From positions 5,084,001 through 5,148,000 of the forward strand of contig CM102290.1 in the NCBI GenBank assembly GCA_046563655.1: DNA of 64,000 nucleotides, read 5' to 3'. The notes under the pieces were generated by a model. The model was not told where the DNA came from. It did no database searches and worked only from the letters and a program-made list of their open reading frames with translations. This document shows, piece after piece, positions 39,069-52,234 of this stretch (its first letter is position 1; each line of letters opens with the position of its first letter). The stretch comes from Yuukianura sp. NJ FZ-2021 (Eukaryota). The translations under genes and the position numbers were made by a program.

Positions 39069-39754
39069 GTGGGTTTCTATTACAAGTTTTTGATGAGGTT
39101 AATTAAAGTTATATAAAGGTGGTTTTATAACTCAAGTGGCAATTTTTAGATCTAAATTAGGCTGATACGGGAGCTGAATCCCAAAAAATACGTGTAAACT
39201 TTCGTCAAGTGGATTTTCATGACGTCGGGTAATTATTTAATTTCTTTTCTCAAAAGTTAATTTCACAAGGCCGCATCTAGAATTCTGTGGAGGTAATTCG
39301 CAGTACATGTGGAACATGGCAGATTAATTCAGCTTGAACGTCTTCAAATTTTGTAGTAGCATTTAGGCGTTTAATATAATTGGGGTACAAAATTTCAAAA
39401 AAAATATACTAGCTAAACTGAAAACATGTTCGTTGGATGTGGCATTTGGGTTTTGGATTGTTTTTGCGCTAATACTGGAAATAGTACTGAGCCGTGGCAC
39501 AATAAGGTAAAAAAATGGCTTAGCTATTACAGTATTTTTCGAAAAAAAAATAAAGAAGTTGGAGAAGGAGTTGTTCATGTTGAGCACGCACGCAATTCTT
39601 ATGTGTCGTTTTGATGCGATTCGACAAATACCGTTTATCACATTCGAGTCGGCACTCTGGACTTCCTGGAAGAACTGAATAAATTGATGATTCTTAAGCA
39701 TTGGGATTTGGTGAATCCTTGGTTACTGCGAACCTTGTCATCTAGCAATTGGGT

Positions 39755-42700
39755 TCACCATGTCTCAGATTCTTCAATTTCACGTCTGTCAGACTTGTTT
39801 GGTGTAAAGTAGTGATTTTGAAGAACATGGTTTTGCGTCTGCGTGATGGCTGTGCTTGGTGAGTAGCTTCCATACTGCGACTCTGTCAAACTACGGCCAT
39901 CCCCTTCGTCCCTCTTGGATAAGTCGGAGGGTGACCCCTTGGAACTATTGGTAGAGCTAGACGATGCGTCTCGGGAGTATAACTGCGGTCGCAGGTCGGG
40001 CACTTCTTTGGAGTGATGCGATTCAGCTTTTGAAGTTCTAGACAGTGATACCGGTGGGACTTTGACACTCGTACGTCTTCGGGTTTTAATTCGTAGGTTT
40101 TTTGTACTGTTGGTTTCAGCTGTAGAGTCCTCTGCCAAGGACAGTTGATCAAAATTACTCAACGTATCATTTACACTCTGACTCTCCTCGTCAAAATCAT
40201 GGTCTACTTCGCTTTCTTCCAGTCTTCCAAATGATATGTCCACTTGACTAAGGTTGAGGCGACTGGCCATAAGTAACTTGGAAAGTGGTGGGGCTAGGTC
40301 CAGGCCCACACCTCTCTCTTTGTAAACGTTGTCAAAAAGCAGATCGAAATTTGGTTTGTGATTCCGCGCTGGCGCATGCTCAACTATCGAACTTGATTTT
40401 ACTTCGGCGCGTTCCTTGCCCTGTTTCCATGTCACTCTTTTGTTTGGATTTTTAGGATGAGAGGAACGAGATGATGTGGATGGTAGGAGATCAGATTTGG
40501 CTTGTGGATTGGATGAATTTGAATGATTGGCTTCATGGGCACTATGGTGGGGTTTTGTAGTGGGAGAAGGTTGACCTCTACGACGAATCGTGCTGAGGCC
40601 ATTTTCCCAACCTGATGCTGTGCTACCGCTACTGGCAGTACTATCAGCTCGCGTGATAATAGATGCCAGACTGAAATTTAGCAGAGGTTGTTGAGCAGAC
40701 TGCGGATTCATTTGACCTTTAGTTTCGACTAAAGTGTGACCATCAGGTTCTCCCCTTGACCTAACATACGAAGTAAATGCTCCTTGACCCAATCCAATTC
40801 CGAGTTCCTGCGGAATGTGGCGACTGTGCAATGTGTAGGTGGCGTCAATTGGAAGTTCTAGTTCTTCTGCCTTCATCTCAACTCCTCCTAACGGAAAACT
40901 TCCTGAACTGTATACAGTATCCACATCCGTCCTTAGGGCATCTGCAATTTTAATTAAATTAAATATAAAAAAATATAATAGAACAAAAAAAAATTAGTAC
41001 CAAATAAAGACAGTGTGGCTTGGAGTGCCAGCTGGACCATGCGCAGAGTCACGTTCTTTCCGACACCGAGTATTACTGCATTTTCTCCGACTTCAATTAA
41101 ATCAAAACCTAGAAAACACAAAAAGCTTAATTAACTCATCACTCTACAATATTCCAGACTGATTTTAGTGTGATTAATAGTTTAGTTTACCCAATGAAGC
41201 CAGAAGCTCGTGACATCCCACGATTCCCCATAACTTGACATCAATTTTCAATTCAATTTTGTCACTCTCTCCATCTTTGAGGGTCATCTCGCTGATTGCG
41301 TGCCGAAGAATTCCACTTACTTGGTCTCCAGCTTCTGGCGTTGATAATAGTTTTGATAAAGCTCTGATTGGCGGAGGCGGGAGTCCTAACAATATGTGCA
41401 TTTAATATTATTTACTATATTTATTATTGCTATTATGATTTAAATTATTAGTTCTACGTCTTCCATTAGACGTGTTTTAATAATTGCTTACCTAAAAGTG
41501 CTTGTAGACAACTACTACATTTGACTAAACGTTCACCAGGGTCCATTTGTGGAAAGAAAACGGCAGCGGGAAGTCCATTTGCAGAAGGCTCCAATCGAAA
41601 TCCAACGCTTGTCAAAATCTCCTGCCATCCTATGACATTTCCCACTTTGTTTTCTACACTCTTCTGCGTAGTGTACATCGCATTCTTCTGCCCGTTTTTA
41701 ATTCGCTGCAAAGACTTCTCGATCTATAGCAAACAGCGAATTGAAGAAAATGCTGATGAATTAAGAGAAAAAGTAAAAATTGAGTTTATTTCAGCTTACG
41801 AGATGAAGGCACACGCGAAGTGAATCCTTGTATTTTTCAGGCGTTTTCAGAAGTTCCCAAATTGCATGTCCCGGTAAGATTCCATTTCTTGTTATGCGGC
41901 AATCTGACCCCAGTAGAATATAGCCAGCCCAATTGGCAGGATGATTGAAGTTCCTGGACTTGTGCAGGGTCGCCATCGCTTCCGACAATGCATGACTTAC
42001 TCGCGCTCCTTGGAGCAACGACGAGTAGAACGAACGAAACAAGAGCTTCGACGCATGATCAGACGTCCGCCACAGAGATATTAGGACTGACGATGCGCCA
42101 CTTGCCAGTAAAGCTTTGGTCAACGTAATAACACTGTCTCCATTGAGAACACTTTCATTCTGGTCTTGTCCCAACCGGTGGTAACAACTTAGGACGACCA
42201 CTTTAGCGTTGATTTTCATCTTCAGAATTTCTCCCGCCGTAAGGAGACAATCAGATACAGCCTCCGTGTCTAAGTCCGCTCCTACAACAACTGCAGCTAA
42301 TTTCCACGACACATGCGTAGCAAAGTGAATGACAGTTGCTGTTGAAAGCTGTGCTAAAATGGATTGTTTCGTGGCGGACGAGCTTATGAGCGGAGGCGTG
42401 TTGAGTACTTGTGAGATCAAGTTGGCTTCGGCAGCCGCTTTCGGTAAATCTGCCCAACCCCATTGGTCCCGAATCCTTGGACTTATTAGTGGGTTTCCAA
42501 TGATTAGGAAACTCTGATGATTCTGGTCCAAATTACATGAAGATCTTTCCCCACTTAAGGACAAAGATGGACTCATGATCAGCTTGAACTTTTCCGCCAA
42601 GTAATCGTCCGAAGTACTACTGCGCAGAAGGGGAAAAGGAACAGTGAGGAGCGGTGGTTCTATGACGAGGATCAATTCTTTAAAGCAAGCCGAATCCAGC

Positions 42701-45700
42701 ATTCCAAGTTCTTCTTCAAATGGAGCGATAAGAAGCTGATGCAAGGATCGTAAGCAGGAGGGCCCTTGCCAAGTCGTTCCGCGTTCTCTGCTTCGATCTC
42801 TTTGGCTGCGTGATCGGCTTGACTCCGAGCGAAGGCTCTTGACACTTCCGGTTGTACTGAAGAGACTAGAGAGGCTGTAACTACTACAATTGAACCTATG
42901 GTTTCGGCTGACCATGCGCAGGAATCCAGTATTGTCATTTTCTTGATTTAACATGTCGCCAAGTTCTTCCAACTGCGATTGAAATTCAAAATCGTCTTCG
43001 GACACTTCCGGAGCGGAACAACCAATACCCAGAGCATCACGAGTTCCTTGGACATAAGTGTCCAGGAGAGTGTCCATGTCTTTTCCTCCAGCGGCGTCTC
43101 CCTCATCCTCACCACTCAATGAACATTCATTAAATTTGACAATTCCTGTAATTATATGAGTTGTAATTAATGTTTTTTTTCCCCAAAATATTGCGCATAC
43201 CCCATTTAACTCCTCCCCGGTGGAATTCGAATAAAATTTTGACAAACTCTTGGAGTCGATATGGGCGTCATTTGTGGAAATTATCAGCCACCTAGAAACA
43301 ACGGGTAACGGTATTCGAAGGTCACCATATGACCACCCTATGCAATCAGCATATCGTTGGAAAGGCGTGGCACCCTGATTCAGAGAATATAGATGTCGCT
43401 GTTTACGACGTAAGACAACAGAGTCGCAGTCGCGAATTGAAACTCGATTGCGACATGCGGTTGATGATTAAAGTCGCAATAGCTTCGTTCCCTTGCGTGG
43501 ACATATATATATTTTCTAAATCAGGTCAAGCCCTTTCCAAAGATATGCTACATGCATGGGGATGTCATAGAATGACACAGTCACATTCGACCCCCGTGAC
43601 CCTTTGTTTCTACGGAGCTGAAAGGTTTCAGAAATAATCCTAATATCAACCCCAACAAATCGTAAAATTTCATTCGAATAGCACCGGCTAAGCTTTTGAT
43701 AGGGTATTATTGTGTATCCTTTGCATTTTACCTCTCCCTGGTATAAGAAGCCAAGAAAAGAGCACCGTGCCAACAAGACTAAAGTAGAGCACTGCTGATT
43801 TTAGCTGATTGATTCCAGTTAATAGATCACTTAGCGTCCTGATAATTGAAGAACTTTCTTCTGCTTTTCCAGACAGTTTTCCAAGAGTCAAATTCGGAAT
43901 AGTTCGTGCTTTTTCGGCAACTATTAGAGCCTCGTCAGTTTTTCCAACCAATACCAAAATTCTCTGAAGAGCTTGATATGACGCAATTTCCCGATCAAAG
44001 AGACGTAAGGCCAATTCACTCGTTGGCCAAGGAGCTGTTTCTCGAATATTTTCTAAAATTTGAATGGATCTGACTAAATGGACTTCTGCTGATTCCAAAT
44101 CGTCTTGTCTCCACAAAGTTAGTCCAAGAAAATGATTAATTTTTGATTCCTCTTCGGGTGCTTGCTGTTCCAGTAGTTCAATAATTTGTAGTCCTTGCTT
44201 TAAGTAAGCAACGGCTTGAATATTGTTTCCAAAAAGATATTGAATTCGACCTAGAAAAGACATATTAAAAAAAAACAACAGAATGAATATTAACGGAATG
44301 TTGTTATAACTCTGCATTTTTAATTCAAGATTTTGATTTAGTTCCTCACCAACGCTGCTCAATGCAGTTGCACGAGCTAAAGAGTCCTTTGTCTGCGATG
44401 CGCATGTCAGACATTCCTCGTACGACAGAAGTGCTTGATCGTATTCACCAAGCGATTCATGTACAAACCCAATTCGCCCATAAGTCCTGCTTTTTTCCAA
44501 AGCTAAGTTTGACTTCTGCGCAGTATCCAGTTGTAGTCGATAGTGGAGCAGAGCCTCCTCCCAATGACCCATTTGCTCATAACATTTTCCTACATTCGAC
44601 AAAGCTCCAATTTCCGCCTCCTTCCATCCATTTTCTAAGGCTAGTTTCAATTGATTTTGAAAATGGCGGAGTGCTTCGTCGTAATTTTTGAGTTCTAGAT
44701 ATTGGTTTCCAAGGTCACTCAACGCATCCACTTCATCTTCTCTGGATAAACCTAGTTTGAGTCTCTGCTCAAAGTGTTGCATGGCTTCTGCGTGGTTGCC
44801 CAAGGCCCTGTATCCCAGTCCAAGTGATTTTTCAGTCTTATTTTGCTCTCCTCGACAACGTAGTTTAGAAAATAGGCGAAGTGCACTTTCATGGTACTGT
44901 ACACTTTCCTTGTACTTTCCAATGGCTGCAAAAGAATCTCCCAAATTATTGTAGGCGTGGCCCATTTCGGCTAAAATAAGCGGCGACGTTTGGTTTTGAC
45001 CAATAAGAGTCTCAAAAGTTTTCAACTGTTGTTCAAAGAAAGTTATGGCGTCACTGTAGTTCCCAATGTTCATCCGCCCAATTCCAAGATTTCCGTAGGC
45101 TTGGGCCATTGCCCAATAGTTGCTGAGATCCTTGGCAAATTTGAGCATTTGTTCGTAGCACTCGATACTGCTTTTGTAGTCTCCAAGTGACATGTTGACA
45201 GCTCCCAAGTTTCCATGCGCTCGACATTCACCTTCTGCATCTTTAATTTCACGGCGTATGGCAAGTTCATGAGTATGGTAACGAGCTGCTCGTTCATAGT
45301 CTTTGATATACCGGTGAGCAATTCCGAGTGAACCGTAAGCAGTTGCTTCAAAACTTTTTTCTTCGTCAACTTTTGCAACATGAAGCTGCTTCTGAAAGAC
45401 TTTGATTGCTTCTTCCTCTCGTTTCATTTTCAAAAGAACATTGCCAATATTTCCTAGAGCTCTGAACTTGGAATCGTTCCTTTTCAGTCCTTGAGAGAGG
45501 TTGAGGAAGTTCGTTTGACATTCGAGGGCCTTGTCATAGTTGGACAGGGCCATGTGAGTCAGTCCCAGATTACAGTAGGCCCGAGCAATGCTTTCTTGAT
45601 TTCCTAAGTCCTTAGCTAAACTTAAGTCTTGATCGTAGTAACGAATGGCTTCTTTGAAATTTCCCAAACAGTAGTGAGCAAATCCCAAGAAATGACACGC

Positions 45701-48697
45701 TTTGGCTTCACCCTCAACATCAGAAAGTTCTTGGGAAACCATTAAGTAATTTTCATAAAAGGAAGTAGCTCGACGAAAGTCACCAACGGAACTGTGGCAA
45801 TTGGCCAAGTTGAGCAACGCACAGGCCTCTGCCGAACCGTCTTTCAGTTCTCTCGAAATGTTGAGGTGACTGTGGTAGTGACCAAGTGCTTTTTCAATTT
45901 CTCCGACAGCTTGGTACGCCACTGCTAAATTCCCATGCGCGGATCCTTCTGAGTTTCTGTCGTTCACTTCCTTCGCAATGCCCAATTCTTGTTTGTGATA
46001 ATTGATTGACTGGTCGTAGTAGCCAAGGGCACTGTAGCAATTACCGATGTTACCATAGGCTCTTCCTACTCCAGCACGATCCGAGAGACTCATCACTAAA
46101 TGGAGATGAGCTTGATGCAGCTTCAGCGCAGACTCTTGATCTCCAAGCAGTTGATAAACGATTCCCAAATTTGAAAGTGCGCGCCCTTCACCAGATTTGT
46201 CCTTTGTGGTCAAGGCTACTTCCAGTTGCTTCTCGTACCAACTTTTAGCCACGCTCACTTCGCCAGCACATCGTGCTGCGTGTCCCAGCCCGGCATAGGC
46301 TCTGCCTTCCCAAGTTTTATCCCTCAATTCCACTGCAAGTTGCAAAACGTGGTGGTAGTACGACATTGACTTGTCAAAATTTCTTCGGTAGTGGTACGCA
46401 GAGCCTAAATTTGAGTATGCTCTGGCCTCCTCCGTTCCATTTCCTAATCCTTTGGCAAGACGAAGGTGTTCCGTATGGCATTCTATGGCACTTTCAAAGT
46501 TTCCCATAACAAGGTAAACGGAACCCAGGTTTCCGATTTCGCGGGCTTGTTGAAGAGAGTCTCCAATCTGCTTCATGAGCTGAACACATTGCTGATGTGA
46601 TGCAAGAGCATTTGCATAGTCTCCAATTCCAGTATACACGTGACCTACACAGGGAAGTACAAAATTAAATTATGCTAAACTTTTACGGCTCTTTGAGTTT
46701 TCATACCGAGACTTGTAAGGGCAGCAGCAGCAGCATGCGTATCTTTGGATTTCATTGCCAAAACTAACTGGGAGCGATGAGATGTAAGCGCAGCTTTGAA
46801 GTTTCCTTTCCACAAATACGCTGAGCCTAAGTTCCCATGCGCTCGACATTCTCCAGCATTATCACACAGGGATTTGCAAACCTCTAGATCCTGCTGCATG
46901 TAGTTGATTGCCTGTAAATAACATCAAAACCAAATCAGCATTCTTTTCATTTTGTCTGAAATGAATTGAAAATTGTTCACAGTTTCATAAAAACGCAAAA
47001 CAAAGAATAAAGTTTTACAGAATTTTGAAAAAAAATTGTGAGCCTGGTTTGACAATTTCAAGAAATGCTTTCATAACTCATTTCACGGTATATTGTGTGA
47101 AAATAAGTCTTCTGGCGAGGTTTGGACAGAATTTTTTTTTGTTTTGAGAATCTAACTTTCCTCAACTCGACTTCTGAAAAAAAAAATGAGAATAGCCCTT
47201 TTTTGTTGGGAAACGATTCTAAATGGTATAGAAAATTGATTAAAAAACAGAAAAAAAAATTACAGCAACTTTGAAAAAAAAAGTTTCCCGGGTTCAGATA
47301 TTTTTTTTTTGAAGTTATTCTAAAGTGAAAGTAGAATTCCTCATATCAAATTGATTTGTTTTTGCTACAAAAACTTAAATCGAAACCTTCCAAAAAATTT
47401 ACGTACAAAGTTAAAAATAATTGTTTTGATGAAGTTTCTCCTAGGCAAGTTGTAGAATCATTGCATGACTTTAAGCTACTAAATAGTATTTAGTAAAAAA
47501 AAGTATTTCGTAAATACTTTGAATTTTTTTTTTTTGGAATTTGTGGGATTGGAACCCCCTCCATGTATGATTACGGTGGAAGTACCACTCTTCTTGGAAG
47601 ATGTTTCATCCCTCATCCCTCACACGGACTGGACAAGGACAAGTAATTACCCACATCACATCATCATCCTCATCCTTACCAAAATGCACGACACACAAAT
47701 AGTTACACCACACATTTTAGGAACGCCATAAAAATTTGTGGTCGGATTTCCAAGCCTCTTTCAATTGAAAGGAACTGCTTTGCGTGCTTTGAGATTTTTG
47801 AAAGCAAGGACAATTTTGAGATGAGTTTTGAAGAAATGTGTTACCTTGTCCAGAGAATTGAGAGCCCAATGTGCAGAAGAAAGTGCGGAAAAGACAGAGC
47901 CCTTCAATTTGAGGTTTCCTGTACCTATTTTGAGTCCACTTTCCAAAACAACTACTGCACATGCCGTGTACCCACTACTCAAAAGTTCTTGCCCAATCAC
48001 AGAAATCACCACAAACACTGATTTGTCCAATTTCATTCTCTCTAGTTGCGCAAATGTTGGCTCCAGTTTTCCTTGATAAAGTTTCAAAAGTTAGTGTAAG
48101 CGAAATATAAACATTTGAATGAGAAGTTTGGAACAGATCTAACTAACGGTCAATCCAATCAGTAACTTTGGTTACCTCTAAGGGGAGACTTAAGCGCCGC
48201 TTCAATCAATCCGCTGAGAAGTTGCGATGACTTGACGTCCGCTGCGAGGCCGGAACTGAAGGCAGCGAGAGCATCGGCGTGCTTACCCAGACACTGGAGA
48301 GCCACGCCCTGGCGATAGTAGGCCTGTGTATAAGATCCAAATTAGAGTTAGTTAGCTTTTAATTAAAAAGTGCAAAATTTACCTTGGGCCACTTTGGATT
48401 AAGCTCACGAGCTTTGAGAGCATCTTGTAAAGCCTTGGCAAAGTGTCCCAACTTAATATGAGCCGCAGAACGATTTGAGTAGAGAACATGGTTGTTTGGG
48501 TCTATCTTAAGAGCTCGGCTGTAGAGTTTGACTGCCGCTGGATAGTCGCCACTGGAACATGCATTGTTGGACTGTACAACAATTTCTAAAAAAGCTTGAC
48601 GTCGAGAAATTAGTTTGGAAGAAGAAGCGACGACTGCGTCCGTAGTTGTAGATGCTGACGAGTTACCAGATGAAGAAATCACAGTCGATCGTGACAT
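39755..48697 (-). CDS. TTC28: Tetratricopeptide repeat protein 28 (long TPR array, CHAT domain, disordered C-terminus), ~11 exons
   Basis: Approximate exons: 48383-48697, 48176-48323, 47845-48071, 46707-46911, 44350-46644, 43732-44250, 41800-43145, ~41491-41723, ~41190-41385, ~41000-41107, 39755-~40941. Motifs: HVLYSNRSAA, PKWPKAYYRQGVALQCLG, many EGRAxxNLG TPRs, IHFATHVSWKL, HPANWAGYILLG, QKSVENKVG...GWQEILTSVGFRL. Confidence 0.95.
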
Positions 48698-49881
48698 TTC
48701 ACCCTCGCTTCAGTCCTTACATTTTAACGCTCAACGTCTAAAACTTACGCGAGCACTTGAATAGAACGCTGCTTCTGCGCTTTCAGCACTGATCGTACCC
48801 CAGTTGTTAATTTTGCATCAAATGCTGTACGCTGCCCATTCCATTCATTGTGATTGAGTGACAACAATATTAGGCTAGGTATGCTCCATTTTCCGGTTTT
48901 TCACACACCTTTCACCATCACAATTCTTCGTAAACTGCAAATCATTTTCTTGAAAACCAGCGTATCCTTGAAAAATCAAGTTGCGATGCTCGGTTCATCT
49001 GAAGTCTCTTTTGTCGATTGTTTGAAAAGTGCTTTTTTATGCCTAATCTGAATCAGTATCTGTGTTTGTCACACTCCAATCCACCGTGACCTTGACTGCT
49101 CAAAGTTTCTTAAAAATGTTAACCCACCAACACTGAGAACAAGCCCCATCACATTAAACTGATTCGGAAACGAGAATCGACGACAATGATCGTAATTTAA
49201 GAAAATCGAGAACCGACAGCGGTATAATATGTTTGTTATGTTGAGATTGGAACACTGGGGGTGAATTGCCAAAGAACACGTTTAGTTGGACTAGAGAGGC
49301 TGCGGAGTGGGCATGAAGGTGGAGTAATTACCAGGGTGGTGGTGGTTACCTGTTCCGTCCAGCAAGTGAGGATGAGCTGAAGAGGGTGAGTTGTCTGTCG
49401 TGCAGAACGTCTTAAGGAAAACTAACTTATAGTCTAGTATTTTCAACTTGTCGGCATGGGGGTGGAAATCGTCAACGTTCAAGCCATAAGGCCCAATACT
49501 AAAAATTCCACCCTCAGAAAACACAACTAAATGGACTGTACTATAACTCAAATTCCTTTCAACCCCCTCCTCCTCTTCCTTCAAGCAATTTCCACGTTTT
49601 TCACACAATCTTATTGTTTTTTGGACAGAAGAATTGATGAGAGCGGAGCACAGATTTCGGAAACCATGTGTACAAGGTATTAGCGGTTCAAAATGTGTGA
49701 AAGTGGATTAGACGTAAATAATTGTCGCTCAAAAGTACAAGTACTGCGTAACATTCAGGGTCAACTTTAACCTTTTGATTTGATTCGTGTCATCAGGAAC
49801 CACTGTTAACAGAAAAACCCAAACTCATGACTATTTAGAAACATTTAGAAGTTTAATTTATTATTTCTTTTTCCTTTTGAA

Positions 49882-50697
49882 TTAGACTTTAGTAACTCTC
49901 CAGTGCTGTTTTCGCTGGTAAATGTCACATTTCCTTTCTCCAACTTCGCGTCTACGTCTGGAATTCCCAAAGAAATTATTTCATCAATGAAGGTGAATTG
50001 CAAAATTGGTAGGAATATGGTAATACCCGGCACTTGTGAGACAGTACGTTGTCCGCTCATTGATTAGCTGAAAGTAGGGTTTGCCCATCGTGCCCTTGAA
50101 TTCTTTAAAAATCCATGTTTCAGGCTGTGGATATTTCTTGAGTGGGTCTTTATGAAAACTGAGAACGTTGTTTGCAGCGTATGTCGCAGGCTGCAGTTGA
50201 TACCCAGTTTGAAAAGCTATCTCCGCGTGAAAAACAAAACAAAATTACTTTTGTCGATTTTGTTCCATGTCGACACGTTTCATTCACTCGTTCTTTTTAC
50301 TTCAAAATGTGAAACGTAACCTTAAAATGAATAATTCTCACCAATTTTCTTTAAAGTCCATTTTTGTTCTCTGAAATTTTGCCAAGTATCCCCTACAACA
50401 GTGGCGAAGGATGCGTTGACGCCCTGAATTGTGAGGCCCTAAATAGAAATGAAGGCTTTTACGGTTAACAATAAACTCGGAAACCAAAAAAAAAACCAAC
50501 AACTTTAACTGTAAGTTCTTCTTTACCAAACCGTCATCCACATTTTCAATTCGGTAAGTGCCTTGACTCATATCGTTGCCATGATTTGGTGTCAATGAAA
50601 ATGCAACTGCCGTGGATGTAAAGACAATGTTGACAACTGAGCACACAATTAAGTAACCCATAAGACGGTTGCGACTTACAACACTTGAATATTGCAT
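49882..50697 (-). CDS. Secreted single-domain ricin-B (beta-trefoil, QxW)-type lectin-like protein, 177 aa, 4 exons
   Basis: Exons 50527-50697, 50342-50438, 50027-50216 and 49882-49957 total 534 nt, all GT-AG and in phase. After a hydrophobic leader the protein reads GTYRIENVDDGLGLTI...REQKWTL...PETWIF...YFQLINERTTYCLTSAG...KCDIYQRKQHWRV*. AATAAA lies just after the stop. Confidence 0.75.
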
Positions 50698-51303
50698 TGT
50701 AAATGTTCAAATTCAAACGCTGGCAAAACAGTACCTCCAAACGTTTTAGTTAATTGAAGTTTTTAGTTTTTTAAACTCAGTTATAACATCTCCACCAAAT
50801 TAAGAAAGCGACTGACAGGGAGTACACAAGCACTGACTCCGTGGAGCAATCCAAACGAAACTGGTAAAACAGGCTTTAGCACGACAAAAAATTCGCGAGG
50901 TCAATGTATCTCTGAGTTCTGTGTCAATTGTTTCGGCTTGCTTTATTTTTTAGGTTAACGATCTTTGACAACGCAAATTCCGCAAATATTCTGACAAACG
51001 TAGCGCAATTGCGTTCAACAAAAAATTGCCATAAAAATATAAATCCACTAACACTAAATAAGGCATTGCATTATTCATTATTGCTCAAATATTTCGAAAA
51101 ATAACAGGACTATTTTCAACTCAAGAAAAACATAGTTCGTGTTCATTTTTTAGTGAAACAAAGAAATCGGGAGGCCTCAATGTATAGTCCATTGTAAGGT
51201 CAAAGTGCAGCCCGTCATTCCTTGTGTGACCATAATACGCTACACCTAGTGGCGAGATTTGTAGCCCCTCACATCTAAAAAACTAACCTAATGCGACAAC
51301 ATA

Positions 51304-51363
51304 AGTAGCCGCACAGCGTAGCCACCCGATGTAACCGCAAAGTGGCTATACCGTGTGGCTACA
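51304..51363. repeat. Cluster of GTAGCC/GTGGCTA motifs resembling those at 1799 and 2766-3170 (probable TE remnant)
   Basis: gtagccgcacagcgtagccacccgatgtaaccgcaaagtggctataccgtgtggctac. Confidence 0.4.
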
Positions 51364-51553
51364 CCAACGATTGTTAAACCGCTTCGTAAATTTATCATAC
51401 CGAGTAGAAAATGAACAAAGGGAGTTTACTGAATTCACCCATAGTTAAAATATCAGATTTCCTGAACATTAAAGTAAAGCCTACAAACGCAAGCCAAACA
51501 TTCATTATTAACAGCATTAGATCAACAAGTATTAATGTAAATATTGGTAGAGC

Positions 51554-52234
51554 TTATCGTCGACTGATATCACCTATGACCTTGTCCAAAACTACGAGTG
51601 GCTTCAGTTGATCTGCCATAAGTTTCATGTCATCTCCTACGGAATCTTGGCCGGACGGTGCTACTACGCTCATCTCGACGTAATGAGATCCAGTGACAGC
51701 CTCAACTTCAGGCGGAGTTTTGGTCATATCACATCGGTGAAATTTCCCCACAACAATTTTAATTCGTCCTTTCCGAAAGATGAATCCTTTGCAGATACAG
51801 TCAAACTCTCGCCGACATCCGAGTTCCTTCAAAAATTCGGCAATGTCCGATCCACAGGGTATATCTAATACACTGCGGACAATCGTAGGTCTAGTCTTAT
51901 CTCCGACTTCCGGGCTTCCCAAGTATCGCAGTTGCCATGCTGACGATGGATCATCTACAGCTCGACGAACTCGAAATGTAACTGGGGGTCCCGTTGCAGG
52001 AGCTCCAGACATGAGGACGTAGGAAACTTCATGATCATGGAACGTCTCCGGTCCAACGTCCATATTGTCGCAGAGTCCCCGGAGACGATGAATGAGAATG
52101 TCAACGCTAATGTCAAAAACGGATCCTTGGAGAAGGTATTCTTGATTTGGAATGTTTCCATGCCTCGTCCATGCGCTGTCCACGGCCATAACCGTATTCA
52201 ACTCCGTAAACTTGCTACCCGATTCGTAATCCAT
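51554..52234 (-). CDS. MED18: Mediator of RNA polymerase II transcription subunit 18
   Basis: 226-aa single coding exon with IPNQEYLLQGSV, HRLRGLCDN, FHDHE, WQLRYLG, GFIFRKGRIKIVV, VEMSVVAPSGQD and ADQLKPLVVLDK. A 5'UTR intron acceptor lies at ~52245. Confidence 0.95.
   Translation of the reverse strand: MDYESGSKFTELNTVMAVDSAWTRHGNIPNQEYLLQGSVFDISVDILIHRLRGLCDNMDVGPETFHDHEVSYVLMSGAPATGPPVTFRVRRAVDDPSSAWQLRYLGSPEVGDKTRPTIVRSVLDIPCGSDIAEFLKELGCRREFDCICKGFIFRKGRIKIVVGKFHRCDMTKTPPEVEAVTGSHYVEMSVVAPSGQDSVGDDMKLMADQLKPLVVLDKVIGDISRR

Noticed and set aside
43329..43637. Antisense 102-aa ORF in a TTC28 intron as a nested gene
   Set aside because: No recognisable features or supporting signals.
9179..50697. 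FGF and the ricin-B-like lectin both being beta-trefoils, suggesting local duplication
   Set aside because: No visible sequence similarity, different exon structures and ~35 kb apart; the shared fold is most likely coincidental.
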